This document shows, piece after piece, positions 1 through 13,189 of a stretch of 64,000 nt of DNA. The DNA comes from Eledone cirrhosa (Eukaryota). Made by a program: the position numbers and the translations under genes. How positions within the stretch are numbered: the first letter of the stretch is position 1; each line of letters begins with the position of its first letter. Where the stretch lies: contig OZ024740.1 of assembly GCA_964016885.1 (NCBI GenBank), positions 170,314,001 through 170,378,000 on the forward strand, in the 5' to 3' direction. A model generated the notes under the pieces. That model did not search any database. It was not told the DNA's origin and worked only from the letters and a program-made list of their open reading frames with translations.

Positions 1-1
1 T

Positions 2-35
<34 letters not shown>

Positions 36-102
36 TTGTTTGTGTGTGCGTGTGTGCGTGTGTGTGTGCGTGTGTGTGTGGTTGTGTGTGTGTGTGTGTG
101 TG
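1..102. repeat. (GT)n microsatellite
   Basis: Imperfect GT dinucleotide run from the window start. Confidence 0.95.
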
Positions 103-109
103 TATTTTG

Positions 110-205
110 AAGGCACATAGCTTAGTGGTTAGATAATTGGATTCACAAACGTCAGGTTGTAAGGTCGTTTCTCGGACCGGGCGATAGATTATGTTTATTT
201 CACTT
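110..205 (+). mobile_element. Degenerate tRNA-headed SINE 5' fragment (CORE-SINE-like family, cf. 53165-53296)
   Basis: A-box-like tagcttagtggttag, a B-box-like remnant and tttatttcac, resembling the copies at 37030 and 53165. Confidence 0.5.
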
Positions 206-461
206 TACGAACTGCAGATAATATCAACAATGGAACGACGAACAGAAACATTTTTTCCTTGGTCGGATCTGAGGAATTCCCCTCAACACAGTTAGGGTAT
301 GATGCCTTGTAACTTGTCGATCTATTAAAAAAGATATGTACAGATGCATATGTATGTCTACTTATATCTATTTACACACTTATGTTTATATATGTTTGTA
401 TGTCTGTCTATATATTTGAGTTTAAAAAGTATAGTTTTTGTGTACTCTTATGTAATAATGT

Positions 462-607
462 AATAATTGTTTCTACTTTTGGCACAAGGCCAGCAATTAT
501 TCCAGTGTATTACTGGTACTTTATTTTATCGACCCCGTAAGGATGAAAGGCAAAGTTAACCTCGGCGGGATTTGAACTCAGACCGTAAAGGTACGTAACT
601 CTATGCT
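462..607 (-). mobile_element. SINE family A, 5'-truncated copy
   Basis: Reverse complement of gagttcaaatcccgccgagg...gcctttcatccttacggggtcgataaaataaagtaccag...gccttgtgccaaaagtagaaacaattatta, shared with more than 10 copies in the window. Confidence 0.9.
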
Positions 608-1040
608 TCAATGTAATAATACATTTCGATCTGTGTTCAGTCCCGCAGCGCAGCAGCTTGTAACAAGTGTCTTCTACGATTAGCATTACCTTGTTAGTGA
701 AATTTAGTAGATGCGTGTCTGTTTAAGTGTATATATGTCTGTGTCCGTGTCAATTTTTACGTTTGTGACTGTGGCTGTAGTTATGTTACGTCACCTGGTC
801 GTTCGACATAAAAGATATCAATAAATCAAGTACCAGACTTTTATAATGTAGTCGATATGATCGGCTAAATTACTCTGGTAACAAAGTCATCTTGTGACAT
901 AACGTATATCTATAAGATATAACCAGAAATTGAATAGTTAAACTGAAGCAAAATAAAATAAAACTCAACATTCTCTAGTAATTTAGTAAAAAATATCAGG
1001 AAATGGTTTTGTTTTAATTCAAATGTTTATATGTTTAATA

Positions 1041-1229
1041 GTGGATTGGCAGTATCGATAGAGGGTCGGACGCCATACTTTGCAGCATAGAGTTACGGCC
1101 CTTGTCATTCTGAGTTCAAATCCCGCCGAGGATAACTTTGCTTTTCATCCTTATGGGGTCGATAAAATAAAGTACCAGTAATACACTGGGATAATTGCTG
1201 GCCTTGTACCAAAAGTAGAAACAATTATT
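1041..1229 (+). mobile_element. SINE family A, full-length (first of tandem pair)
   Basis: tRNA-like head: A box tggcagtatcgatag, B box gagttcaaatcc. Conserved core ttttcatccttatggggtcgataaaataaagtacc and (ATT) tail. Confidence 0.92.
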
Positions 1230-1241
1230 TGGTAGAGGGTC

Positions 1242-1425
1242 GATTGGCAGTATCGGTAGTGGGTCGGACGCCATGCTTTGACGCATAGAGTTACGGCCCT
1301 TGCCATCTGAGATCAAATCCCGCCGAGATTAATTTTGCCTTTCATCCTTATGGGGTCGATAAAATAAAGTACCTGTAATACACTGGATAATTGCTGGCCT
1401 TGTGCCAAAAGTAGAAACAATTATT
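1242..1425 (+). mobile_element. SINE family A, full-length (second of tandem pair)
   Basis: Near-identical to 1041-1229, head-to-tail. Confidence 0.92.
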
Positions 1426-2509
1426 AGTAGTGGGCAGGCTGTTGTGAAAAATTTCAGTAAGTGAGTAAAGGTGTTACTTTTTAATGTGCTGCAGTCAGTG
1501 CTATTTTACATTATTCAAGTATGCCTTGTTAATGTAGTTTTATGTGTTTTGTTGATTCAAATGTGTGGATGGTATCTTTACTAGTGAGCAAATCCTTTTC
1601 AAGAATGCCTTGCTAATGTGGTTTTCTATGTGACAAGATGTAAAGATTTAAAATAATATTTCTAAACGAAATGGATATTATTTGATTCCCCAAAAAAGAA
1701 TTAAACCCCAGGGTTATGCAATAAGTTCACATCAGTTAATTAACAAAACAATACAAATCCATAACCTTTTGAATATTTCAGATTTAACGTAAAAGTCTTA
1801 CTTTTGTGTTTCGTAACTGAATTATATTTTAATTAAAAATATTTTGTGTTTTAACAGAACAGAAGAATATTGAATAATATATTAGTACATCTAGGTTTTT
1901 ATTTTATTGACTCATTTATTAATTTCTTATTTTAACTTATTTTATTTTATTTAGTTTTGTTTTGCAGGTTAAGATAGTGGTTTTGGATTTGTGCCTGGGC
2001 TTTTTACATGACACCTTGCGCATGTTTTGTGTGTGAGACGGAATACGTTTGTTATGTACACACACATACACACATGCAGACAAGCACACACACACATACA
2101 CCCCCCCCCCCCCACACACACACATACACACACATATATATATGGTTATACTTGGGGAAGGGCATATTGTTATAATATTGCCAGAAATAAGAGAACACAC
2201 TCACAGTTTGGTTTGAGTTGGTTTTCGCTTCTGAATGTTGTGTGAGTGTGTGTATGATAATGTGTGAACAAAAAGGAAGCATCTGATTGCATACATAAAG
2301 AAAGGTCAAGTGAAATATATGAAAACTGCGTTATAATTCAATCATATTCAGTACAGCTGTATTAGGTTAAAACTATAAATAAAATATAATTTAATCCCAA
2401 TTACTACAAAATATACCACATTACTAAAGACACCACCTGTTTGAGGAAACAAAAGAAATTAAGGAATGGAGTATATCTATATAGAAAAATGAAAAAAGGT
2501 AACAAAAAG

Positions 2510-2723
2510 TACACTTAACATGTATGTGCTACCATTGGTTTCGAGGTTCAGGTATGGCCACCACTGTACATTAAGAGAGGTACTTTTAAATTGGCCCTTC
2601 ATTCGAGTGCGTGAAACAAAAATATGCCCGAATGAAGTGCCGGTTTAAAGTGCCTCCTCCAATATACAGTCGGAGCCATAATTGAATCCTAAAACTAACA
2701 GTAGCACATATATGTTAAGTGTA
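2510..2723. repeat. Diverged foldback element (arms 2510-2605 / 2629-2723) with degenerate hammerhead-like motif
   Basis: tacacttaacatgtatgtgctac...cttcattcg is an imperfect reverse complement of cgaatgaag...gtagcacatatatgttaagtgta. The minus strand of the left arm reads cgaatga-agg...cctc-gaaa-ccaatgg-ta. Confidence 0.75.
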
Positions 2724-2841
2724 TTATACAAGTTAAGAATGGTAGTACTTTACTAATAAAGTCCCATAAGATATTTGTTCTACATCTAGCTTGACACTGC
2801 TTTGTAACTCATGACTCTCATGGTAAGAAATTTAGCAAAGT

Positions 2842-3016
2842 AATAATTGTTTCTACTTTTGGCACAAGGCCAGCAATTACCCAGTGCATTACTGGTACTT
2901 TATTTTATCGACCCCGTAAGGATGAAAGGTAAAGTTAACCTCGGCGGGATTTGAAATCAGAATAGCAAGGGCCGTAACTCTATGCGTCAAAGCATGGTGT
3001 CCGACCCTCTACCGAT
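2842..3016 (-). mobile_element. SINE family A copy
   Basis: Reverse complement of the family A consensus. Confidence 0.9.
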
Positions 3017-3059
3017 AGTAATAATGGGTCTTGGTTGGAAGCACTGGAGCCTAGCTCCG

Positions 3060-3440
3060 GAAGCCCACCATCAGACTGAAAAAAAGTATCAGAACCCTAC
3101 GAAATGGAGATCAGCTCAGATAAAAGCAGGATTCTGGTTAATAGTTTTAATAGTTATGTACAGAATAGAGCAACCAATATCAGGCTAGAGGAATGACTGA
3201 AGGAATGGAAACCTTCATGTACATCCAATCTACTCTGACTAAAGACAGCAAACCTCAAAAGAAGATAATGACAAAAACTCAGCATTGCTTCTGCTGGTCC
3301 GACAATCTCAAAGACTCGGCATGTCACAATACCACGACTCTTCTACACACAAGGGAGAATAGAAACCAGTGGCAACAGCTTGCTGTGAAAGAGATTAGTG
3401 TGGCACTCCAACGATTGGCTGCACCAGCTGTAGGAGTTTG
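3060..3440 (+). mobile_element. Decayed RTE-like LINE fragment (RT C-terminal part and 3' end, internally deleted)
   Basis: Peptides YEMEISSDKSRILV and ETFMYIQSTLTKDSKPQKKI resemble RTE-type (Y)GMEIS..KSK and (F)KYLGSTL.KDG motifs. TTLLHTRENRNQWQQL resembles an RTE ORF end. Confidence 0.6.
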
Positions 3441-3997
3441 ATGATGGTGATAAAACAATGATGAAACTTTTCACAAATTTTTATATAAAATTGAAAATCA
3501 TGTGTGAGATTTAGTCTCAAATATTTGATTGGCTTGAGATAGGAGATAATTGCTATATATTTAGTAGGTGTATACTTACTTGCTAATGATGGATACAATG
3601 CGTCATGAACTAAATATATTGTATCACCAGCTGACTCAGTAAGGTGGTTTCAAAGTTGCAGACCATTTAAAACGTTGGACATGTTTTGTAGTTTAACATG
3701 TATGAGTGGTTTAATACGAATGCTAGTTATTTACTCTTCTTAATATCCTACATGTCTGAGACAGATGAGGTATATAATATACTGACTCATTAGTATGTGT
3801 TTACAATGTATGATTAAATAAAGGTGTGTCATTCATACTAGAAATTGAAGATAATATGAGTTATTTTATTGTTGTTTCATTGTCACTATATTTTTTTACT
3901 TTGCATCTTAAAGAAATAGAGCTGAAACAGACGTTTATAAAAGGACGATCAGACTCTCTTTCTCTCACACCCACACACATAGACGCACACGAGCACG

Positions 3998-4510
<513 letters not shown>

Positions 4511-4555
4511 ATGATGTATTTATATATATGCATATATATATATTATTCACATAAT

Positions 4556-4559
<4 letters not shown>

Positions 4560-4633
<74 letters not shown>
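4560..4633. repeat. (TA)n microsatellite
   Basis: Perfect TA run. Confidence 0.95.
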
Positions 4634-4637
<4 letters not shown>

Positions 4638-5129
4638 AAATGTGACATTTGTATGGGTCTCCAACAACAGTACGAGGATATATGTTTATAGAATAGTCTA
4701 AAGTACTTATCTGGTTCTCGTTTGAGTGATCGTCTGGGATTCTGGGCTTTCACTCACGCTACTGGAAATAGCTGCTCAAGCTTCCTCCGGTCACACAGTG
4801 AATCTTTGTTCTTGAAACAAAGAGGTTTTAGTAGGTAATGTAATCTTGTACTTATTACACCGATAAAAATGCCGGAAAAACACCTTAAGAACACCTTTGT
4901 TAATTAAATCTGCTTGGTCAGTGCGGACAACAAAGTTAACAGTAGTCTTTACGTAGCCTTTTGATCTACTAATAATAACAACTGAATCTCAATCAAATCA
5001 CACAGATCCATCTCCTGAAAGGAGACATAGGAAATAGGTGGACTAGTAACGACTGATAGCCTTCAATCATAGGCTTGCACGATTAGGCATGACTTGTAAT
5101 TTTCGACCGACTAGAACTTTCACCTCTTC

Positions 5130-5890
5130 ACTTCAGCCGAGCTTCCACTCGCATCATATCATTTCATAGTATCCAATCCTTCCTGTCTATCATTGCAGTT
5201 CTTAATTCATCTATATTTGCGAGGTCAGTGTCTCTCAGCAGGATATCAATGTATGTTATTGCCTTATGACCAAGGCTTTTTTGTCCGTATTTTGGTTTCC
5301 ATCGTACCAGTTTCAATGTCACCCCTTCTTGGTGTCTTACACGGTATACTGTTAACTTTACCTTGTTGACGCCTACCTCAGATCACACAGGTGGTAGATC
5401 TCGGTTTAGCTGTTCATTCGTCATGTCATATCGCCATGACATATTCAAAGCCACGCGCAGCATTCTGGTATATAAACCATCCATCTTTTCCTTCATTGCT
5501 CTGTTAATGGTTCTTGCTTCACTTCCGTATAACAAAATAGACTCCGCTGTTGTCACTAACAGACGCACTTTAAGGTTACTTTTCAGGTTGGATTTTCATA
5601 TTTTATCCAAGCCAATGCCTTTTTATTTCAAAATCATTTCAGTGCTTTTCATCCAGCCGCTCAATTCAACAGACTTTATTTTCGTACCAGAATTTGTCTT
5701 TATAGGTGTGTTTTCTTGATAGAAAGGCATCATTTCATTCTTGTTAACATATAGGTGTAGTCCCACTTTATCCCCTTCTATTTCGAGGAACTTCAGCATT
5801 TCCTCTGCCTGCTTACATTCTTTCGATATTGTTGTTGTATTATCCGCAAAGTCTGCGTCAATTAAGATCTCTGGTTTGTGTCTGCGCTAG
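5130..5890 (-). mobile_element. Decayed RTE-group LINE 3' fragment
   Basis: Minus strand encodes RRHKPEILIDADFADNTTTIS (degenerate FADD catalytic motif, about 5825-5886) and AESILLYGSEARTINRAMKEKMDGLYTRMLRVALNMSW (post-RT domain). Frameshifted. Confidence 0.75.
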
Positions 5891-6046
5891 AAATAGCAAC
5901 CACATCTCCCTGATATTGCCATTATTGTTATAAGAATTTGAATGAGCAAACCTAAAGAAATTATAAAAGGGAATGGTCTTGGTTGCGACATCTTTTTTTT
6001 ATATTTTGCCAGCTCTTGGCCACCATGGGACCTAAACAACAACAAC
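5886..6046 (+). mobile_element. Dispersed repeat family B (ctagaaatagca...gg-ctaaacaacaac), probable SINE-like element with (AAC)n tail
   Basis: The same motif order recurs at about 4965-5100, 9225-9500 (-), 17902-18050, 43600-43797, 43996-44165 and 44786-44950. Confidence 0.55.
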
Positions 6047-7439
6047 TTGTTCTTATGGGGTCAATTACAGAAATATGAAATGTACAGTCTACCTTGGTGA
6101 GACTTGAACTCGGGACGTAGTTTCGAACTGAATACTGTGAAATATTTTCTTCTACTCTACTAATACTTCAATCTGCTGTATTAATAATAATGTTTTCTAG
6201 TATAGACACAATGCTATATATATTTGTATGAAAGGGCTATATCGACACCAGTACATGGCAGGCACTTACATATTCACTTAGAAAAGTTGAAATGGTAAAG
6301 CCTACTTCAGCAAGAGTTGAAATCAGACCTGTAACTAAATATTATAACACACTTGGTCTTACAGTCTCCCAACGCTACAAGAATATTTTATACACTATAA
6401 AAATAAAAGTAAAAAAATGAAAATATTATTTGGTAAATAACCAAAATTGTTGCTATGTACCAAAAATAGCTCAGTCACAGGCTTATATTTAGTAGATTCT
6501 AAAAATAGTTTGGTAAGCCAACCAAATACTGCTGAGAATGCTAACTGTGTACTTTAATATGCCAAGCCAAATATAGAGGAGTATGTTAACAGCAGTATTT
6601 CTAATCCAAAAATAATTTTCAGTTACACTTGCTTAATATACGTATTAGTATTACTAGACAAAAATGCTGAAATTGCTACTTTTTATTATTCCCTTACGTT
6701 CGTACCGTTGCTGTTCGTCAACCTTATGACGGTGGGTTCTTTTTCTTCGCTGTTTAGATAGGTAGTCATGATGGAAGAGCAGCGATCATGACTATTTTCA
6801 GGAACTCAAAAACTAGTGGTCGAGGGCGAAGAAGGCGTCATTACACCAGAGACCTGGAATGAATATTTACTGCTTCAGTCACATCGTTCTGCGCACTTGC
6901 TTTTCATCCCCAGCTGCTAGAAGCTTTTTCTGGATAAAGTGGTAATGTCTCCTTGCCTTGGGCCTTGGCAGTCTTTGTTTTTGAGACGTATTCTAAACTC
7001 GATCTGACCTTTTCCCACCTACATTGCTTTCTCAGTTCCCCATTTCCTTTCCATTTTCACATTGTCCCGACTAATGACATCATCTGCTCTCTAGGGGTCA
7101 TCAGCTCTAGTAATTCTCTCATGTATAGTTCCATAAACTCTTCAGTGGCGCCTATGCAAGTGTGACTAGCCCCATAAGTGATATACCATTGAAGCTAAGG
7201 TGAAGTCCCAATCAAGTTGTGAAGGGCCAACACTACTGTCAGTGAAACTGCGGAAGCCAGCAGAAGCCACATGTCTCGGGATAGGAGAGATTGTGGATAT
7301 ATCCAGACCTTGGATATAACAGGCAGGCCTGATTTGACGTCTTTGGTGGTAACCGGGCTTAAGGTTCTTTCTTAGACTCTTAAATTGCAACTGAGTTTTT
7401 CAGTATTAAATCGAAAACATCCCCAGATTCTTGACAGGT

Positions 7440-7700
7440 TGCTTTGAAATGAAAAGTATAACAATTGTATCTTAATATGGAAGGACTTACAACATATTCT
7501 CCCCCAAATAATTAGCTTATCGAGTACTATTCTGACTTTTTACCGCCCGAGTTTGCCTATAACAACACTGCTGTCAAGCAGGCTTAGCACTTACCTCAAA
7601 ATTGTTTTTTTCCAGAAGGGAGATTTAGTGCATTGAAAGTTTGCAGTCGTGGGAGGAACTTCCAGGTACAAACGAACAATCACCAATCCGACCAAATTGA
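7440..7700 (-). mobile_element. Possible LTR-retrotransposon remnant (polypurine tract plus TG start of 3' LTR)
   Basis: Minus strand reads GGGGGAGAATA (7505-7495) followed at once by TGTTGTAAG. No intact ORF or second LTR found. Confidence 0.3.
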
Positions 7701-8052
7701 AACCCTAAATATATCTAGGCCTACAATACCTAAATTCTCTTTTTTTCCTTTAAGATCTGATTTGAAGGAGCCGTAGCTGCAATTTCTAGGAAAATAGCCA
7801 CACATAAGTTCACCCCTAGGCTCGTCGCAGCAGCTGTTCAAATTGTAGCTGTCATTGTTATTGTCGTTGTTGTTTAGTCCAATAGCAGTCCTTATTGAAT
7901 AGACGTATGATGAAATGTAATCCAATTATTACAATGCCGTATTTCTTCTATACGCACAGTTTTAGATCCTCCAATGTTTTCGGTAATACAATTTGGGCTA
8001 CAATTTATAATAAATGACACAACGAAGTGGCGATCTCTACTTGGCGCGTACT

Positions 8053-8238
8053 GCTGGCAGTATCGGTAGAGGGTCAGACACCATGCTTTCCAGCATAGTT
8101 ACGTCCCTTTACGATCTGAGTTCAAATCCCGCCGAGGTTGACTTTGCCTTTCATCCTTACGGGGTCGATAAAATAAAATACCAGTAATGCATTGGGTAAT
8201 TGCTGGCCTTGTGCCTAAAGTAGAAACAATTATTATTA
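8053..8238 (+). mobile_element. SINE family A copy
   Basis: Full match to consensus; shares the ccagcatagttacgtccctttac variant with 27080-27268. Confidence 0.9.
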
Positions 8239-8454
8239 TAAAATTTTAAAAAATATTTCAATATGGTTGGCGTCGTTGTTGCTATTTAGACCCCCTAGTT
8301 AACAGAGATTAAGCAAACACTGTCTTTTTCCTGTGTGCACAGAAGTAAATTAAAATAACAGACAAATACTGGAACTAATTTAATCAACTTTGTCCTTCAA
8401 ATGTGCCTGCCCTGTGCCCAAATGAGAAATCTGTATTGATACTCCAAAAGAGTT

Positions 8455-8670
8455 GTGGATTGGCAGAATTGGTAGACCAACAAATAAATGTCATTGCGGT
8501 ATTTGTTCTCGCTCTTAACAATCTTTGTTCCTATCCTTTCGAAGTCCAACTTCACTCTCATCCTTCGGGGTCGATAAAATATAGTACCAGTCATGTATTA
8601 GGGTTTATTTAATTATCTTGGCCCTTCCCCAACATTTGCTAGTCTTGTGTCTAAAGTAGAAATCAATATT
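8455..8670 (+). mobile_element. SINE family A, old diverged long-form copy
   Basis: gtggattggcagaattggtag head, catccttcggggtcgataaaat core, gtctaaagtagaaatcaatatt tail. Confidence 0.75.
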
Positions 8671-9018
8671 AATACCGTCAATTCTGAGTTCAAATGCAAC
8701 AAAATAAAACACCAGTCAAATCCTGGGGTACATATAGTCGACTGTACTACCCTCCACAAGTTTCTGCGTTAATGTAACAAATTACTATTAATGCTAATAT
8801 TTAGAAAGTGACCGGTTGATAGAAGAGTTACTGCGCCAAATAAAATATTCAGCTTTTTGCTTGATGGTGTGAGTTCAAGTCCCATCATGTTCCACATTTT
8901 CTTTCAGCATTCTGGAGTTGATAAAATAAAATAATTGTCAAATAATGGAACCTATGTAATTTACTATATTTCCCCAAATGCATGTACATGTACCATTATT
9001 ACAAATTATTACAAAGGG

Positions 9019-9190
9019 CAGTGGATTGGCAGTTATCGGTCGGGCGTCAGACACCATGCTTTGCAACCTAGATTTATGGCCCTTTACGTTCAAATCCCGC
9101 CGAGGTTAACCTTACTGGGTCGATAAAATAAAGCACCATTAATGCACTGAGATAATTGCTGGTCTCATGTCAAAAGTAGAAGCAATTATT
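9019..9190 (+). mobile_element. SINE family A copy with internal deletion
   Basis: Head, B box and tail match the consensus; the gcctttcatc segment is missing. Confidence 0.85.
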
Positions 9191-9789
9191 ACAAATTAAT
9201 GGGCTATAATAACACTGTTATAGTTATTGTTATTTCACATTAGATATTTACACCCTGATTGAGGAGACCTATGATCAAAGGATTTCCAGAAGTGACCATA
9301 GAAAAAAACTATTTAGGGCCTATCGGTAGGTACGCTGGCTTTTTGTAGTTATTGTTATTCTTTAGCTCCAGGTCAACTCTGATCGTGCGGACTTTTGATC
9401 AAAAGCGTTCCATTTGTGACCAACATGTCACTTTCCTATATGCAGGATACCCAGATTCACATTATTTGACGCACCTCTTTTAAGACGGTAGAGTTGCCTT
9501 TGCTCGGCAAGACAACACTACTTGACCCTTGTCTGTGATTAAGAGAGGTCACTGTTTCGTAAACTTTCGGAACAACTCTCCGTTTTGTGGTTATACGCCT
9601 CCTTCTTATTAGGTTTGAAGACCCTGTAAAGATTTATGGTCAAGCCCTAATCTATTCTGCCCTCCGCTCCCTGAATAAAAATTACAAAAAATATATATTT
9701 GACTGCGATTTCTAGCCTGTTGAATAGCTATGTAACGACTAATTCTTTATGCTTTTGTTATTGTTGTTGTTATAGTGGTGGTGGTTTTA

Positions 9790-10600
9790 CCGTTGTTTTG
9801 TGGCGAGGGTGTTTGAGATGGTAGTGCTGTTGTTGGTGGGTTTGGTGGTAGTGGTAGTGGTAGTGTTGGTGGTGTTTGTGGTGGTAGTGTTGTTGTTGGT
9901 GATGGTAGTAGTGGTAGTGTTGGTGGTGTTTGTGGTGGTAGTGCTGTTGTTGGTGGTGGTGTTGATAGTGGTAATGTTGGTGGTGTTTGTGGTGGTAGTG
10001 CTGTTGTTGGTGGTGGTGGTAGTGGTAGTGGTAGTGTTGGTGGTGTTTGTGGTGGTTGTGCTGTTGTTGGTGGTCGTGTTGGTAGTGGTCGTGTTGGTGG
10101 TGTTTGTGGTGGTAGTGCTGTTGTTGTTGGTGGTGGTAGTGGTAGTGGTAGTGTTGGTGGTGTTTGTGGTGGTAGCGCTGTTGTTGGTGGTGGCGTTGGT
10201 AGTGGTAGTGTTGGTAGTGTTTGTAGTGGTAATTATGTTGGTGGGGGTGGTGGTAGTGGTAGTGGTAGTGTTGCTTGTTGCTGGTGTTTGTGGTGGTAGT
10301 GTTGTTGGTGGTGGTGGTAGTGGTAGTGGTAGTGTTGCTGGTATTTGTGGTGGTAGTGTTGTTGGTGGTGGTGGTAGTGGTAGTGGTAGTGTTGCTGGTG
10401 TTGGAGGTGGCGGTGGTGGTGATAGTGGTGTTGGTAATGGTAGTGGTATTGTTGGTGGTGTTTGTGGTGGTAGTGCGGTTGTTGGTGGTGGTGGCGGTGT
10501 TGGTAGTGGTAGTGTTGGTGGTGTGTGGTGGTGGTAGTGTTGTTGGTGGTGGTGTGGTTGGTAATGGTAGTGTTGTTGTTGTTGGTGGTGGTGGTGTTGG
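9790..10600. repeat. Degenerate (GTG/GTA/TTG)-based minisatellite, precursor-like to the adjacent 58-bp array
   Basis: Recurrent gtagtgttggtggtgtttgtggtggtagtgctgttgttggtgg units. Confidence 0.9.
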
Positions 10601-13078
10601 TAGTGGTAGTGTTGGTTGTGGTTTGGTGGTAGTACTGTTGTTGGTGTTGGTGGTGTTGGTTGTGGTGTGTTTGTTGTTTTTGTGGTGATGGTGTTGGTAG
10701 TGGTAGTGTTGGTTGTGGTGTGGTGGTAGTACTGTTGTTGGTGTTGGTGGTGTTGGTTGTGGTGTGTTTGTTGTGGTGTGGTGGTAGTACTGTTGTTGGT
10801 GTTGGTTGTGTTGGTTGTGGTGTGTTGGTTGTGGTGTGTTGGTTGTGGTGTGGTGGTAGTACTGTTGTTGGTGTTGGTTGTGTTGGTTGTGGTGTGTTGG
10901 TTGTGGTGTGTTGGTTGTGGTGTGGTGGTAGTACTGTTGTTGGTGTTGGTTGTGTTGGTTGTGGTGTGTTGGTTGTGGTGTGGTGTGGTGGTAGTACTGT
11001 TGTTGGTGTTGGTTGTGTTGGTTGTGGTGTGTTGGTTGTGGTGTGGTGGTAGTACTGTTGTTGGTGTTGGTTGTGTTGGTTGTGGTGTGTTGGTTGTGGT
11101 GTGTTGGTTGTGGTGTGGTGGTAGTACTGTTGTTGGTGTTGGTTGTGCTGGTTGTGGTGTGTTGGTTGTGGTGTGGTGTGGTGGTAGTACTGTTGTTGGT
11201 GTTGGTTGTGTTGGTTGTGGTGTGTTGGTTGTGGTGTGGTGGTAGTACTGTTGTTGGTGTTGGTTGTGGTGTGTTGGTTGTGGTGTGGTGGTAGTACTGT
11301 TGTTGGTGTTGGTGGTGTTGGTTGTGGTGTGTTGGTTGTGGTGTGGTGGTAGTACTGTTGTTGGTGTTGGTGGTGTTGGTTGTGGTGTGTTTGTTGTGGT
11401 GTGGTGGTAGTACTGTTGTTGGTGTTGGTGGTGTTGGTTGTGGTGTGTTGGTTGTGGTGTGGTGGTAGTACTGTTGTTGGTGTTGGTGGTGTTGGTTGTG
11501 GTGTGTTGGTTGTGGTGTGGTGGTAGTACTGTTGTTGGTGTTGGTGGTGTTGGTTGTGGTGTGTTGGTGGTGTTGGTTGTGGTGTGTTGGTTGTGGTGTG
11601 GTGGTAGTACTGTTGTTGGTGTTGGTGGTGTTGGTTGTGGTGTGTTGGTTGTGGTGTGGTGGTAGTACTGTTGTTGGTGTTGGTGGTGTTGGTTGTGGTG
11701 TGTTGGTTGTGGTGTGGTGGTAGTACTGTTGTTGGTGTTAGTGGTGTTGGTTGTGGTGTGTTGGTTGTGGTGTGGTGGTAGTACTGTTGTTGGTGTTGGT
11801 GGTGTTGGTTGTGGTGTGTTGGTTGTGGTGTGGTGGTAGTACTGTTGTTGGTGTTGGTGGTGTTGGTTGTGGTGTGTTGGTTGTGGTGTGGTGGTAGTAC
11901 TGTTGTTGGTGTTGGTTGTGGTGTGTTGGTTGTGGTGTGGTGGTAGTACTGTTGTTGGTGTTGGTGGTGTTGGTTGTGGTGTGTTGGTTGTGGTGTGGTG
12001 GTAGTACTGTTGTTGGTGTTGGTGGTGTTGGTTGTGGTGTGTTGGTTGTGGTGTGGTGGTAGTACTGTTGTTGGTGTTGGTGGTGTTGGTTGTGGTGTGT
12101 TGGTTGTGGTGTGGTGGTAGTACTGTTGTTGGTGTTGGTGGTGTTGGTTGTGGTGTGTTGGTTGTGGTGTGGTGGTAGTACTGTTGTTGGTGTTGGTGGT
12201 GTTGGTTGTGGTGTGTTGGTTGTGGTGTGGTGGTAGTACTGTTGTTGGTGTTGGTTGTGGTGTGTTGGTTGTGGTGTGGTGGTAGTACTGTTGTTGGTGT
12301 TGGTGGTGTTGGTTGTGGTGTGTTGGTTGTGGTGTGGTGGTAGTACTGTTGTTGGTGTTAGTGGTGTTGGTTGTGGTGTGTTGGTTGTGGTGTGGTGGTA
12401 GTACTGTTGTTGGTGTTGGTGGTGTTGGTTGTGGTGTGTTGGTTGTGGTGTGGTGGTAGTACTGTTGTTGGTGTTGGTGGTGTTGGTTGTGGTGTGTTGG
12501 TTGTGGTGTGGTGGTAGTACTGTTGTTGGTGTTGGTTGTGGTGTGTTGGTTGTGGTGTGGTGGTAGTACTGTTGTTGGTGTTGGTTGTGTTGGTTGTGGT
12601 GTGTTGGTTGTGGTGTGGTGTGGTGGTAGTACTGTTGTTGGTGTTGGTTGTGTTGGTTGTGGTGTGTTGGTTGTGGTGTGGTGGTAGTACTGTTGTTGGT
12701 GTTGGTGGTGTTGGTTGTGGTGTGTTGGTTGTGGTGTGGTGGTAGTACTGTTGTTGGTGTTGGTTGTGTTGGTTGTGGTGTGTTGGTTGTGGTGTGGTGT
12801 GGTGGTAGTACTGTTGTTGGTGTTGGTTGTGTTGGTTGTGGTGTGTTGGTTGTGGTGTGGTGGTAGTACTGTTGTTGGTGTTGGTGGTGGTGTGTTGGTT
12901 GTGGTGTGGTGGTAGTACTGTTGTTGGTGTTGGTGGTGTTGGTTGTGGTGTGTTGGTTGTGGTGTGGTGGTAGTACTGTTGTTGGTGTTGGTGGTGTTGG
13001 TTGTGGTGTGTTGGTTGTGGTGTGGTGGTAGTACTGTTGTTGGTGTTGGTGGTGTTGGTTGTGGTGTGTTGGTTGTTT
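10601..13078. repeat. 58-bp tandem minisatellite with 49-63 bp variants
   Basis: Unit gtggtagtactgttgttggtgttggtggtgttggttgtggtgtgttggttgtggtgtg; gtagtact recurs at 12001 and 12059. One AGTACT per unit. Confidence 0.95.
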
Positions 13079-13189
13079 TTGTGGTAATGCTGGTGTTTTC
13101 TGCCCACTTCAACGCTCCCTGTTGGTTCTGGGATACAAATATAACTGCTGCTGATGGATGGTGTTGCTGCTGCCACGAATGTCACTGAA

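Noticed and set aside
1041-1130. tRNA-like A and B boxes as possible tRNA genes
   Set aside because: They are SINE heads with no cloverleaf, followed by the SINE core and tail.
1950-2020. Pyrimidine-rich tract plus CAG resembling a splice acceptor
   Set aside because: No recognisable coding sequence or convincing donor follows; cannot be supported without RNA data.
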